A stretch of DNA of 64,000 bases from Bacteroidales bacterium (GCA_017480225.1 JAFVBB010000010.1:120748-184747); one strand, 5' to 3'. Shown: positions 35,501 through 44,522, counted from the first letter of the stretch. Numbers and translations: made by a program. The notes: a model not told the origin generated them from the sequence alone.

Positions 35501-36898
35501 AACAGCTCGCTGCGCATCGACGCCACAGGTGTGACCTACCTGCTCAACGACAGCATCCAGTTCACCAACAACCTGATTACACTCAATCACTTCCTGATCA
35601 GCGACGAGCGCGGCAACAAGGCCACGGTCGACGGTATTATTAGGTACGACTCGCTGCCCGCTGTGAGCCTTGACCTCAACCTCGGGACCGACCGCCTGAT
35701 GGTGCTCGACAAGCGCAGTGGAGACGACTTCTACGGAACGCTCATGGCCTCGGCCACAGGGTCGGTGCGAGGAAGGCTCGACTCGCTGCTCATCAACATA
35801 AGCGCACGCACCGTCCCGGGCTGCTCGCTGACAGTGCCGGTGAGCGACAGGCGGCAGGTGAAGGCACAGAACTACATAACCTTCGTCAGCGACAAGCCCG
35901 AGGCCAAGACCTCCACCACTACAAGGAAGCGGCAGCAACTGGAGCTCGACCTTGACCTCGGCCTCACCCCCGACCTGCTGCTGTCGTTGCCGATAGACTT
36001 CTCGGAAGCCACCGTCGGGGTGACGGCCAGCGGCGCGGGCGACCTCCACCTCTCCATGTCGGGCAACGGCGAGCCGCAGGTGGCAGGCAGCTACGAGATA
36101 ACGTCGGGCACCATGAAGGTGGGCCTCCTGTCCATCATCAGCAAGAACTTCACCATCGAGGAAGGCAGCAACCTTCAGTTCCAAGGGTCGCTGCCCGACG
36201 CGCGCTTCGACTTGAGCGCAGTGTACTCGCAGAGGGTCAACCTCAGCTCGCTTACTGGCGGGGTGAGCGACGCCGGAGGCTCGCAGAAGTACCTGCAGGT
36301 GGAGGATGTAATCAACATTGCGGGCACGCTGCAGGACCCCACCATTGGCTTCGACATCAGGCTGCCCGGAGCCGACGCCAGCGTGGAGGAGGAGGTGTTT
36401 GCCTACATTGACCGCAGCAGCGAGCGCGACATGCTCACGCAGGCCGTGTCGCTGCTGGTGAGCGGCCACTTCTACAACGCCAACGCCTCGACGGTGAACG
36501 GCGGCATTGCCACCTCGGGCGGCATCGGGGCGCTGGGCAGCGTGGTGTCGGACATGGTGAGCGTGGTAGACATTGACTTCGACTACAAGGCGGGCAACGA
36601 GTTCACGCGCGACCAAATTGACGTGAACATCAGCAAGGACTGGGGGCGGTGGTACCTGGAGAGCACCCTCGGCTACGGCGGTGAGAGCCGTGAGCTGGCT
36701 GCCTCGGCCACCAACACCGCCGTGATCGACGCCCTGCTGGGCTACCGCATCAGCCCGCTGGTGCACCTCTTCGCCTACAACCGCACCAACACCAACGACT
36801 ACACCCGCATGGACCTGCCCTACAAGCAGGGCGTTGGGTTGAAACTGACAAAGGACTTCGACCGGTGGGTCGACCTGTTCAAGAAGAAGAGCCAATGA
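32516..36898 (+). CDS. tamB: TamB-like translocation and assembly module protein (AsmA/DUF490 family)
   Basis: 1460 aa, GTG start, N-terminal TM LLGVLVAVYVAMAAL, long beta-rich body, C-terminal DUF490-like region ending LPYKQGVGLKLTKDF. Confidence 0.75.
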   Translation: MRKLLKITGRCLLGVLVAVYVAMAALNYSVVQSYLGAAAGSHFSKEWGGEVSVGAMHIMPWNHLMLKDVRLVAPDGDTLLDVGSLRLRFKRFPYSDHHIDVDHLVLRDGYYHLAVERQDNGHHRVNLQYILDHYASGHHDSTKPSKPFTVDVRHMTVSHLRYKMELPEGSINAWREGVDIGHMDFRDINMRARNLHVVNDDVSVQLVKFSTTERSGMRVDHVEADVHVSPHDITVHGFRLLTPQSEVLADVEILWDGWGGHDYLADVEHRITLHPGTTVALADAAYWAPVLWGIDARIDAEGHVDGTIGDMHITDFMAHWGDGSALQLTGDVRGLPDVESTVFDVDIERLRTTAADLRRLGIVSTRGEQPPAHYARIDLPDLLLRQVDFVDLNLRLHGGMGELGTANLQLESGMGGLHADVVMRRTDGGGARFNAEVGSSGLGLKVLRTDWLSHTGFDLSLAGTMERLDDPATLCATLDGQLNGSVVRGQRLAAIDLGGSVDHGRGHVEMNSTDSAALFTAQADFDVAGGIKKLAAQIDARRIDTERLNLTAAEYSPLAARLDVRYEGTDIDSMQGEVRLYDATLGPRLAMSRLAMSIAARQGQKNILLQSDPMDATLAGKFSYYDLPLMAMKLAHSALPADLVRIDTLYADEQRRIADANLGFHINWHDSEGLAETFLPSLRIANGTRIDGSYNNTESLKLVVRSDSVAYNGLRLDGVGLVGRSAGGDLLLRAEAQEVHVGSMPLAQRVRLGTASNPGCAKVELEWQSDDYDSQGDLALQYSGGAVSVLRDGFTLGGNQWRLGIDSMTVMGGERMVLAGSGVSLRSERQSLVADVSLRGLPSDNVQLLLDNFSLQGIGDLLLQGSPLAIGGQVGGRFSLYGLADKPYFNANLTLDSCMVNQQPLGTMRLNSNWNAELNTVNISLLGNQLAADGWVELGGSSEVSMAVDFDSLNLTLLAPLLTGFSSHVEGMLHGSLDVGGTLRQPLVVGEAKIENSSLRIDATGVTYLLNDSIQFTNNLITLNHFLISDERGNKATVDGIIRYDSLPAVSLDLNLGTDRLMVLDKRSGDDFYGTLMASATGSVRGRLDSLLINISARTVPGCSLTVPVSDRRQVKAQNYITFVSDKPEAKTSTTTRKRQQLELDLDLGLTPDLLLSLPIDFSEATVGVTASGAGDLHLSMSGNGEPQVAGSYEITSGTMKVGLLSIISKNFTIEEGSNLQFQGSLPDARFDLSAVYSQRVNLSSLTGGVSDAGGSQKYLQVEDVINIAGTLQDPTIGFDIRLPGADASVEEEVFAYIDRSSERDMLTQAVSLLVSGHFYNANASTVNGGIATSGGIGALGSVVSDMVSVVDIDFDYKAGNEFTRDQIDVNISKDWGRWYLESTLGYGGESRELAASATNTAVIDALLGYRISPLVHLFAYNRTNTNDYTRMDLPYKQGVGLKLTKDFDRWVDLFKKKSQ

Positions 36899-37776
36899 GA
36901 ACTCCACGCGCCATATACACCCTGCGTGCCAACCTGCTGTTCATTGCCGGACTGGTGATTTTCCTGCTGCTGTTCGCCATCACCTACACACCCAGCTACG
37001 GCCTTGTCGACGACCTCGTGGAGCCAGCGGCCACGCCCGCCGCCGACAACATGGCAGCCCTGTGGTACCTACACGAGAGCCTCTGCCTGCCCATTACGTG
37101 CGCCATAGCACTGGTGGTCACGTCACTGTCGCGCACACTCATGCTGCTCACCACACGCACACGCCGCCTGCGCGAGAGCGACTACCTGTGGTGGCAACTG
37201 GCCGAGCTGGCCGTGACCGCCATCTTCATCAACCTCTTCCTCTCGCTGCTCTTCCACTGCGCCTTCATGCGCAACCTGCTGCCGGTGATGCTGGTCTACT
37301 CCTCCGCCACCGTCTTCCCCTACACCGTGTACTGGCTCTGGGCCGAGCGGCTGGAGCGCGACGTGATGCTGGCCGAGGCCGAGCGCACCATTCTGCGCCT
37401 GCGCAGGCAGGAGGAGGGCGAGGGCGGCATGATCCGCTTCGCCGACTCGGCGTCGACGGTGCGCCTGGTGACGGCCGCAGAGAGCGTGGTGGGCATAGAG
37501 GCGGCAGGCAACTACGTGACCGTCATCTACCTGGCCGGTGGACGCACCGTGCGCTACAGCCTGCGCAACACCATGGCAGGTCTGGAGCCTGCCCTTGAGG
37601 GCACCCTTCTGATGCGCTGCCACCGCAGCTGGTACATCAACCTTGCCCACGTGCGGCTGCTGCGCAAACAGGCCGACGGCCTCTACGCCGAGATGGATGC
37701 CGACGGCGTGGGCGACATCCCCGTGTCGAAAACCTACAGCCCGGAGGTGACGCAGCGCTTCGGGGAGAGGAGCTGA
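36895..37776 (+). CDS. Four-TM membrane protein with a C-terminal LytTR DNA-binding domain
   Basis: ATGA overlap with the tamB stop. Four hydrophobic segments, then IRFADSASTVRLVTAAESVVGIEAAGNYVTVIYLAGGRTVRYSLRNTMAGLE...CHRSWYINLAHV (LytTR pattern). Confidence 0.7.
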   Translation: MRTPRAIYTLRANLLFIAGLVIFLLLFAITYTPSYGLVDDLVEPAATPAADNMAALWYLHESLCLPITCAIALVVTSLSRTLMLLTTRTRRLRESDYLWWQLAELAVTAIFINLFLSLLFHCAFMRNLLPVMLVYSSATVFPYTVYWLWAERLERDVMLAEAERTILRLRRQEEGEGGMIRFADSASTVRLVTAAESVVGIEAAGNYVTVIYLAGGRTVRYSLRNTMAGLEPALEGTLLMRCHRSWYINLAHVRLLRKQADGLYAEMDADGVGDIPVSKTYSPEVTQRFGERS

Positions 37777-37780
37777 CGCC

Positions 37781-38656
37781 ATGCCACGCACCGTGATACC
37801 CCTGCTGCTGTTGCTGCTGGCCTCGTGCAGGCCGAATGCACAGGCCGACTACACCGCCGACTCGCTGCGGCTGGCAAGGGCCGAGTGGCGCACCGACTCG
37901 CTCGACGGCTTCACGCTGAAGCGCTACAACTTCGGCGAGGGCGCGCTCTTCTGCTCGGCGCAACGCCTCTTCATGATAGAACTGCCACAGGATAGCCCGC
38001 GGCGGCTGATCTTCGCAGCCGACAGCGCGACGCTCACCGTCGACGAGATGGCCCGCGCCAGGGGCGCGGCTGCGGCGGTCAACGGCTCGTTCTTCGACAT
38101 GCGCACCGGCCTCCCCGTGTGCTACCTGCGCGTGGAGGGCAGGCAGCTGGGCGAGAATACCCCGCAGACGCCCGAAAGCGTGAACCGCAAGTACTACCAG
38201 TACGCCACCATGGCTCTCGGCAGTGGCGGCCGCCCCCTGCTGCTGGTGCCCGACAGCAACCGCCTGTGGGAGGAGGGTCTCCCCCACCCCGACGTGATGA
38301 CCGCCGGGCCGATGCTGCTCAAGGACGGGGCCGAGGTGCCGCAGCGCGACGACCGCACCTTCGTCACCAACCGCTACAACCGCACCGCACTGGGCCTGCG
38401 CGGCGACGGCTCGGTGCTGCTGCTGGTGGCCGACGGCCTGGTGAGACACAAGGCCGAGGGGCTGACGCTGCCCGAGCTGGCGCGCCTCATGCGCTGGCTG
38501 GGTTGCACCGACGCCATCAACCTCGACGGCGGCGGCAGCTCCACCATCTACGTGCGCGACGCCACCCCTGGCGGAGTGCTCAACCACCCCACCGACAACA
38601 TGCGCGACGATCACGACGGCCAGCGCCGCGTGAGCAGCGCCATTCTGGTGCTTTGA
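37781..38656 (+). CDS. Phosphodiester glycosidase family (DUF2233/NAGPA-like) lipoprotein
   Basis: Lipobox LLLLLLASC. AVNGSFFD, RTALGLRGDGSVLLLVADG and AINLDGGGSSTIYV hallmark motifs. It starts 4 nt after the LytTR gene. Confidence 0.8.
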   Translation: MPRTVIPLLLLLLASCRPNAQADYTADSLRLARAEWRTDSLDGFTLKRYNFGEGALFCSAQRLFMIELPQDSPRRLIFAADSATLTVDEMARARGAAAAVNGSFFDMRTGLPVCYLRVEGRQLGENTPQTPESVNRKYYQYATMALGSGGRPLLLVPDSNRLWEEGLPHPDVMTAGPMLLKDGAEVPQRDDRTFVTNRYNRTALGLRGDGSVLLLVADGLVRHKAEGLTLPELARLMRWLGCTDAINLDGGGSSTIYVRDATPGGVLNHPTDNMRDDHDGQRRVSSAILVL

Positions 38657-38695
38657 CCGGAAGCGCCCCGGACGGGGCCGGACAGAGGAGCAGGG

Positions 38696-39613
38696 CTACA
38701 TGGCGCTGCCGCCAAACCCGAAGCCTGCCGGGCCGGGGTTCCGCTCCACGCGGCCGACCCTGGCAGCGTCGGCCATGCTTCTGACAAAATCCACATCCTC
38801 GTAGTCGATGGAGCCGGCGTCGAGCTGGTTCATGGAGGCGATGAGCTCCATGTCGCTGTCGTCGAGCTCGAAGCCTGCCGAGCCGAGGTTCTGCGCCATG
38901 TGGGCGGCATTGATGGTTCGGGGCACGGCGGCCACGCTTCGCTGGGTGAGCCACCGCAGGGCCACCTGCGCCGCCGTCATGCCGTGGCGCGCGCCGATGG
39001 AGGCCAGCACGCCGTTCTCCACGACCTCAGCCTTGTCATAGTGGCCGCCGAGCGGCGCCCAGGCCATGAGGCGGCAGCCGAACTCGCGCAGCAGCCCCTC
39101 CATGCCGCGCTGCTGCGAGAAGACGTTGCACTGCAGCTGGTTCACCATGGGCTTCACCTCGGCAAGGTTGGCCAGGTCGAAGAAGCGCGCCTGCGTGAAG
39201 TTGCTCACGCCGACGGCGCGCACCTTGCCCTCGCGGTAGGCACGCTCCATGGCACGCCAGGCACCGAACACGTCGCCGTAGGGATACTGCATGAGCAGCA
39301 GGTCGATGTGGTCGGTCTGCAACCAGCGCAGGCTCTCGTCAATATCCTCCGCCGTGCCGGCCTCGCCAAGGTTGTAGGCACCCAGCCTGGCCACCAGGAA
39401 AAACTCGTCGCGCCCAAGGCCGCTCTCGCGCCAGGCGCAGCCCACAGGCTCCTCGCTGTCGAAGTGCAGCGAGGTGTCGAACATGCGGTAGCCCATGTCG
39501 ATGGCCCGGGCCAGCACCTTGATGCAGTCTATGGGCGGCATCTGGAAGCTGCCATAGACCCCACAGCCCAGCAGGGGCATCTCCACACCGTTTGAAAGCT
39601 TGATTGTCTGCAT
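38696..39613 (-). CDS. Aldo/keto reductase
   Basis: Start MQTIKLSNGVEMPLLGCGVYG, later motifs GYRMFDTS, IDLLLMQYP, VRAVGVSNF. The track ORF is extended by 70 codons through the palindromic repeat. Confidence 0.8.
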   Translation of the reverse strand: MQTIKLSNGVEMPLLGCGVYGSFQMPPIDCIKVLARAIDMGYRMFDTSLHFDSEEPVGCAWRESGLGRDEFFLVARLGAYNLGEAGTAEDIDESLRWLQTDHIDLLLMQYPYGDVFGAWRAMERAYREGKVRAVGVSNFTQARFFDLANLAEVKPMVNQLQCNVFSQQRGMEGLLREFGCRLMAWAPLGGHYDKAEVVENGVLASIGARHGMTAAQVALRWLTQRSVAAVPRTINAAHMAQNLGSAGFELDDSDMELIASMNQLDAGSIDYEDVDFVRSMADAARVGRVERNPGPAGFGFGGSAM

Positions 39614-39712
39614 ATTGGTTGCTGTTTGGCATTCTAATATTCCAGACGCAAAGATAGCAACATTTTTCCACATGCGCAAGCGCCCTGCCCTGCGCCAGGA
39701 CGAAGCCAGGGA

Positions 39713-39813
39713 CGTCTGTTCTTCGACTGTTCTCCGATTGTTCTTCGATTGTTCTCCGATATTAAATCGAAGAACAATCGAAGAACAATCGGAGAACAAT
39801 CGAAGAACAGACG
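39713..39813. repeat. Palindromic element copy 3, built from 11-bp TTCTYCGATTG units
   Basis: Two 48-nt arms (39713-39760, 39766-39813) with 2 mismatches around the loop ATTAA. Confidence 0.9.
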
Positions 39814-40055
39814 GTGTTGACATTGACTTGATGCCTTTTCAGGCTGGTTTACAGACACATACAACAATAATTCATCATAAGTGCCTGTGTATGTGTATCC
39901 TGCAAGACAGCGCAACCCTCATTCCCCCCACAACCGGCGTGCGCAGTGGCGCCCCCGGACAGAACACCATCCGGCAGCACATTATTTGGCGCGCACGCGC
40001 AATAAATCGTGGGTGCCGAGAGTTAACAGGGGTGCGCACAGGCGCAAAATTACGA

Positions 40056-41474
40056 ATGACGATGACGAAAAGACACATACTGCTGATTGTGGCGGTGCTC
40101 GCCTGCCTTGGGGCCAGGGCGCAGAGATACTCGTTCACCTTCGCTCCCGAGGGGCGCGGCGACTCGGTGCTGTACCTGGCACGGCACTACCGCGACAGGC
40201 TGATCATGCTCGACACGGCGCGGCAGGGCACGCGCCGCCACGACTACACCTTCGCGGGCAGCCGCGCGTGGGACGAGGGGGTGTACGTCCTTGTGGGGCA
40301 GGACGGCAAAGAACAGATTGCCGACTTCCTGCTGGGCGACAGCCGCCGCTTCACGATGACGGGCGACAAGTCGATGGGCGCCGCCAGCGTCAAGGTGAAC
40401 GGCAGCGAGGCCAACCGGCAGATGTTCGCCTACATGGCGCGGCTGCAGCAGGCGCGCCGCCAGCAAGACAGCCTGAAAGGCGCCGGCGACAGCCGGGCGC
40501 TCGACAGCCTGGGCGCCGTGATGACGGCCTACGAGAGCCGCGTGCGCAAGGAGCAGGCGGGCAACCTCTTCTTCCGTTTGCTTGAGGCATGCGACAACGG
40601 CAGCGTGCCCGACAGTGTGGCCGACCCCGCCACCCACTACCGCCACCACTACTGGGACGCCTTCTTCGACCCCTCGCTCCGCAGCCGCGCGGGCCGCGAA
40701 GCCCTGCTCTACAGCCCACACCTCTACAACAAACTCAACTACTTCTTCTTCGGCCTGCTTTACTATGCCTCGGCCGACACCATCTGCCGCGACCTCGACG
40801 ACCTGATGGGCCGCATTGGCGACGACACCGCCATGCGCCGCTACGTGCTGCAGTTCATTGAGCCGCGCTACTACCGCTCGACGAAGAACATCGGCTGGGA
40901 CGCCGTGTGGTGCCACATGGTGGAGCAATACTACCAGAAGGGACTGTGCCCATGGGCGAAGGAGAGCGAGCTTTACGTGATGAACAAGAACCACAGCCGC
41001 ATAATACAGAGCCTCATCGGCGCCCACGGCCAGGAGCTGTGGATGATTGACACCACGCAGATCGACGCGCCGGAGCACTGGCGATCGAGCCACCGCTCGC
41101 CCGAGCGCTACGTGGTGCTGTGGTTCTGGGACCCCGACTGCCACCACTGCCAGGAGCACAGCGCGGAGCTGAAGCTGCTCTACGACTCGCTGCAGGCCGC
41201 GCCCGACCACCGCTTCGAGGTCTACGCCGTGGGCTACTGCCACGACGTGGAGCGCTGGCGGAGCTATGTGCGCGAGCACGACTTCCGCTGGATCAACGTG
41301 GGCGGCAGCAACGTCAACATCGACTACCAGGAGGCCTACAACGTGCACAGCGCGCCGACAATGATAATACTCGACGAGCACCGCGACATCATCATGAACA
41401 AGATGCTGCCCATACGCGACCTGCTGCCGTTCCTGGACAAGCACGAGAAGAAGCGCCAGAATGGACATCATTAA
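40056..41474 (+). CDS. Exported thioredoxin-fold (TlpA/ResA-like) protein with an N-terminal DUF5106-like domain
   Basis: Start MTMTKRHILLIVAVLACLGARAQ (signal peptide). VVLWFWDPDCHHCQEHSAELK CxxC motif. The track ORF is extended by 152 codons. Confidence 0.7.
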   Translation: MTMTKRHILLIVAVLACLGARAQRYSFTFAPEGRGDSVLYLARHYRDRLIMLDTARQGTRRHDYTFAGSRAWDEGVYVLVGQDGKEQIADFLLGDSRRFTMTGDKSMGAASVKVNGSEANRQMFAYMARLQQARRQQDSLKGAGDSRALDSLGAVMTAYESRVRKEQAGNLFFRLLEACDNGSVPDSVADPATHYRHHYWDAFFDPSLRSRAGREALLYSPHLYNKLNYFFFGLLYYASADTICRDLDDLMGRIGDDTAMRRYVLQFIEPRYYRSTKNIGWDAVWCHMVEQYYQKGLCPWAKESELYVMNKNHSRIIQSLIGAHGQELWMIDTTQIDAPEHWRSSHRSPERYVVLWFWDPDCHHCQEHSAELKLLYDSLQAAPDHRFEVYAVGYCHDVERWRSYVREHDFRWINVGGSNVNIDYQEAYNVHSAPTMIILDEHRDIIMNKMLPIRDLLPFLDKHEKKRQNGHH

Positions 41475-43230
41475 CATACTGCCCGACAGCATAGCCAACC
41501 AGATAGCGGCCGGCGAGGTGGTCGACCGCCCGGCTGGTGCCGTCAAGGAGTTGCTTGAGAACTCGCTCGACGCCGGAGCCTCGCAGATTGACCTTGTGGT
41601 GAAGGACGCCGGGCGCACGCTGATACAGGTGGTGGACAACGGCTGCGGCATGAGCGACAGCGACGCGCGCCTCTGCTTCGAGCGCCACGCCACAAGCAAG
41701 ATACACCGCACCGACGACCTGTTCGCCATCCACACCATGGGCTTCCGCGGCGAGGCCCTGGCCTCGATTGCGGCCATTGCGCAGGTGGAGCTGCGCACAC
41801 GCCAGCCCGAGGGCGAGCTCGGCACCGAGGTGGTCATCGAGGGCAGCCGCATAGTGAGCCAGCACCCCTCGGCCTGCAAGGCTGGCACATCGATAAGCGT
41901 GAAAAACCTCTTTTTCAACGTGCCGGCCCGGCGCAACTTCCTGAAGAAAGACAGCATCGAGTTCGGCCACATAGAGGAGGTGTTCCGCCGCGTGGCACTG
42001 ATACACCCCGACGTGGCATTCTCGCTCACCTCGGGCGGCAAGGTGGTGTACAGCCTGCCGGCAGGGTCGATGCTGGGGCGCATAGCAGGCCTCTTCGGCG
42101 CAGGCTACAAGGAGAAGCTGTTCGCCGTGCGCGAGCAGACCGACCTGGCCACCGTCAGCGGCTTCGTGAGCCGCCCGGAGTTCATGCGCCGCACACGCGG
42201 GGAGCAGTACCTGTTCGTCAACGGACGCTTCATAAAACATGCCGGGCTGAGCACGGCGGTGGAGCGTGCCTACGAGCAGCTGCTGCCCGAGAGGTGCCAC
42301 CCCTGCTTCTTCATCGGGCTGCAGGTGGACCCCTCAAGGATTGACATCAACATCCACCCCACCAAGACCGAGGTGAAGTTCGTGGACGAAAATGCGCTGT
42401 TCCTCATACTGCGCTCGGCGGTGAAGAGGGCGCTTGGGCAGTTTGCGCTGGCCACCGAACTTAGCTTCGACACCCCGCAGGAGTTCAACATTGGGCCTGC
42501 GCCGAGGGACGCGACGTTTGACATGCCGCAAGTGAGCTACAACCCGCACTACAATCCATTCCACGCCACAGGCAGCCGCGCCGCCCAGACAGCCGCGCCG
42601 TCGACGCCGACGGCGGCCATGCGCGAGGAGGAGCAGTCGATGCTGACCGTCGAGCAAACGGCGGAGACAACGGCCGGCCACGGCAACGGAGCGTGCGTGC
42701 AGGTGCAGGGGCGCTACATCGTGGCGCCGATCTCGTCGGGGCTGGCGCTGATTGACCAGCAGCGGGCGCACGAGCGGGTGATTTACGACAGGCTGATGAA
42801 CCAGGCCGTCAGCGCCGGGTCGCAGACGCTGCTGTTCCCCATGCAGTGCAGTTTCTCGGCGGCCGACGCCGAACTGCTTGCCGAGCTGCTGCCCGACCTG
42901 CGCCAATGCGGCTTCGAGATGACAGCCATCGGCCAGAGCGTATTCGTGGTCACCGCCGTCCCTGCCGGCACCGACGGCGAGGGGGTGAATGCCATGTTGG
43001 AGCGGCTGCTGGCCGACTATAAAGGCTCCACAATGCAGAAATACGCGCGCCGCAGCGAGTCGCTGTGCCTCTCGCTGGCACGGCAGATGGCGGTGCGTCC
43101 AGGCACCGAGCTGCGCCAGGAGCAGATGCAGCAGCTGGTGGCCGACCTCTTCAGCTGCCCCATGGCCGGGGTGTCGCCGTCGGGCAAGCGAATAATGACC
43201 ATCGTCAAACCTGAAGAAATGCTAAAATAG
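41461..43230 (+). CDS. mutL: DNA mismatch repair protein MutL
   Basis: MDIINILPDSIANQIAAGEVVDRPAGAVKELLENSLDAGAS and the GFRGEAL motif. Confidence 0.9.
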   Translation: MDIINILPDSIANQIAAGEVVDRPAGAVKELLENSLDAGASQIDLVVKDAGRTLIQVVDNGCGMSDSDARLCFERHATSKIHRTDDLFAIHTMGFRGEALASIAAIAQVELRTRQPEGELGTEVVIEGSRIVSQHPSACKAGTSISVKNLFFNVPARRNFLKKDSIEFGHIEEVFRRVALIHPDVAFSLTSGGKVVYSLPAGSMLGRIAGLFGAGYKEKLFAVREQTDLATVSGFVSRPEFMRRTRGEQYLFVNGRFIKHAGLSTAVERAYEQLLPERCHPCFFIGLQVDPSRIDINIHPTKTEVKFVDENALFLILRSAVKRALGQFALATELSFDTPQEFNIGPAPRDATFDMPQVSYNPHYNPFHATGSRAAQTAAPSTPTAAMREEEQSMLTVEQTAETTAGHGNGACVQVQGRYIVAPISSGLALIDQQRAHERVIYDRLMNQAVSAGSQTLLFPMQCSFSAADAELLAELLPDLRQCGFEMTAIGQSVFVVTAVPAGTDGEGVNAMLERLLADYKGSTMQKYARRSESLCLSLARQMAVRPGTELRQEQMQQLVADLFSCPMAGVSPSGKRIMTIVKPEEMLK

Positions 43231-43235
43231 AATAT

Positions 43236-43847
43236 ATGGCACAGTACCAACCACAAAGCTACCGCCTGCTGCCCACAGCGGTGAAGCACCTGCTGATAAT
43301 CAATACAATATGCTACCTTGCCTACTACGTCCTGGCACGCCAGCACATAGTAGACCTGAACTACCTGCTGGGAATATGGACACCCTCCAGCGGCAACTTC
43401 CACCTGTGGCAGCCGTTGACATACATGTTCATGCACGGAAGCTTCGACCACCTGTTCTTCAACATGTTCTCGCTGTGGATGTTTGGCGCCACGCTTGAGC
43501 GGGTGTGGGGCACACGCAGGTTCTTGTTCTATTATTTGGTGTGCGGCATCGGCGCAGGATTGCTCAACCTGCTTGTGCCAGGGGTGCACGTCAGCGTCGG
43601 GGCAAGCGGAGCCATCTATGCCTTGCTGCTGGCATTCGGCATGTTGTTCCCAAACGAGTATGTGTACCTCTACCTCCTTGTCCCAATCAAAACCAAGTAT
43701 GTCATCATTGGCATGGTGGTGCTGGAGTTGTTTGAGGGCATATTCCGCAGTTACGACGGAGTGGCCCACTTTGCCCATCTGGGAGGTATGCTCATCGGCC
43801 TGCTGCTCATCCTCTACTGGCGCAGGCACCCCTTCTCAAGGTTCTAA
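43236..43847 (+). CDS. Rhomboid-family intramembrane serine protease
   Basis: Six TM segments, GASGAIYALL (catalytic Ser) and AHLGGMLIG (catalytic His). Confidence 0.85.
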   Translation: MAQYQPQSYRLLPTAVKHLLIINTICYLAYYVLARQHIVDLNYLLGIWTPSSGNFHLWQPLTYMFMHGSFDHLFFNMFSLWMFGATLERVWGTRRFLFYYLVCGIGAGLLNLLVPGVHVSVGASGAIYALLLAFGMLFPNEYVYLYLLVPIKTKYVIIGMVVLELFEGIFRSYDGVAHFAHLGGMLIGLLLILYWRRHPFSRF

Positions 43848-44452
43848 CGGCCCAAACTGGCAATCCATCGCTCCACCTTTGCCTTGCCACCGCGCACCTC
43901 GTGGCCTGCGATGGCAAAAGCCCCGGTGACAGTGGCCTTTGGGAAGGCCGCCCTCACGTCGCCAACACACGACGCCAGTCCGCTTCCTTCATGTGTGGTG
44001 AACGGAATGACCGTCTTGCCGTCGAGGTTGATGTCGCGGAAAAGAGTGAACATAACCTGCGGATAGGTGCCCCACCACACGGGGCCGCCAATGAAGACGG
44101 TGTCGAACTGCGACAGGTCGGGAGCTGAACCCTCGTAGGGCGGCAGCTCGCCGTCGGCCGCTTCCTGCTTGGCCAGGTTGATGAGTGGCGTATAGGCCAT
44201 CCCGTCGTACTTGTGGGTAACAATCTCAAACTGTGCAGCACCTGTCAGATTGCTTATGTAGTCGGCCACAATCTTTGTGTTGCCTACCTCGATGTTGCCC
44301 ACGCTGTAGTTGTCGCCAGCGTGTGAGAAGAAGATTACGATAGATTTCGCCATAACTTGTTGTTTATTGGTGTTGTCCTTACCAGTCTGTCCGCTGCAGG
44401 CCGTGGCAAGCAGCAAGGTCGCCAGCACAGCCAGTATTCCTTTTGCCCTCAT
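43844..44452 (-). CDS. Flavodoxin-like protein with a lipoprotein signal peptide
   Basis: MRAKGILAVLATLLLATACSG, then IVIFFSHAGDNY ... VFIGGPVWWGTYP ... FTTHEGSG flavodoxin-like motifs. Confidence 0.7.
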   Translation of the reverse strand: MRAKGILAVLATLLLATACSGQTGKDNTNKQQVMAKSIVIFFSHAGDNYSVGNIEVGNTKIVADYISNLTGAAQFEIVTHKYDGMAYTPLINLAKQEAADGELPPYEGSAPDLSQFDTVFIGGPVWWGTYPQVMFTLFRDINLDGKTVIPFTTHEGSGLASCVGDVRAAFPKATVTGAFAIAGHEVRGGKAKVERWIASLGR

Positions 44453-44460
44453 TTTTGTTT

Positions 44461-44507
44461 ACAAATAAAGAAGGGCAGGCAAGGAACGTGTCGCTCCCTG
44501 CCTGCCC
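44461..44507 (-). terminator. Intrinsic terminator after the korAB operon
   Basis: On the minus strand: GGGCAGGCAGGG ... CCTTGCCTGCCC stem followed by TTCTTTATTTGT. Confidence 0.6.
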
Positions 44508-44522
44508 TGTTTACATTGACAA

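Noticed and set aside
32528-36907. 485-aa and 621-aa minus-strand ORFs (32528..33985, 35042..36907), plus several plus-strand out-of-frame ORFs inside tamB
   Set aside because: They are antisense or out of frame to the 1460-aa TamB-like gene. They have Arg/His/Val/Ala-rich low-information sequences and no start context or promoter box.
40050-42300. 677-aa and 302-aa minus-strand ORFs opposite the thioredoxin-like gene and mutL
   Set aside because: These are shadow ORFs opposite genes with unambiguous motifs (CHHC thioredoxin fold, MutL ATPase).
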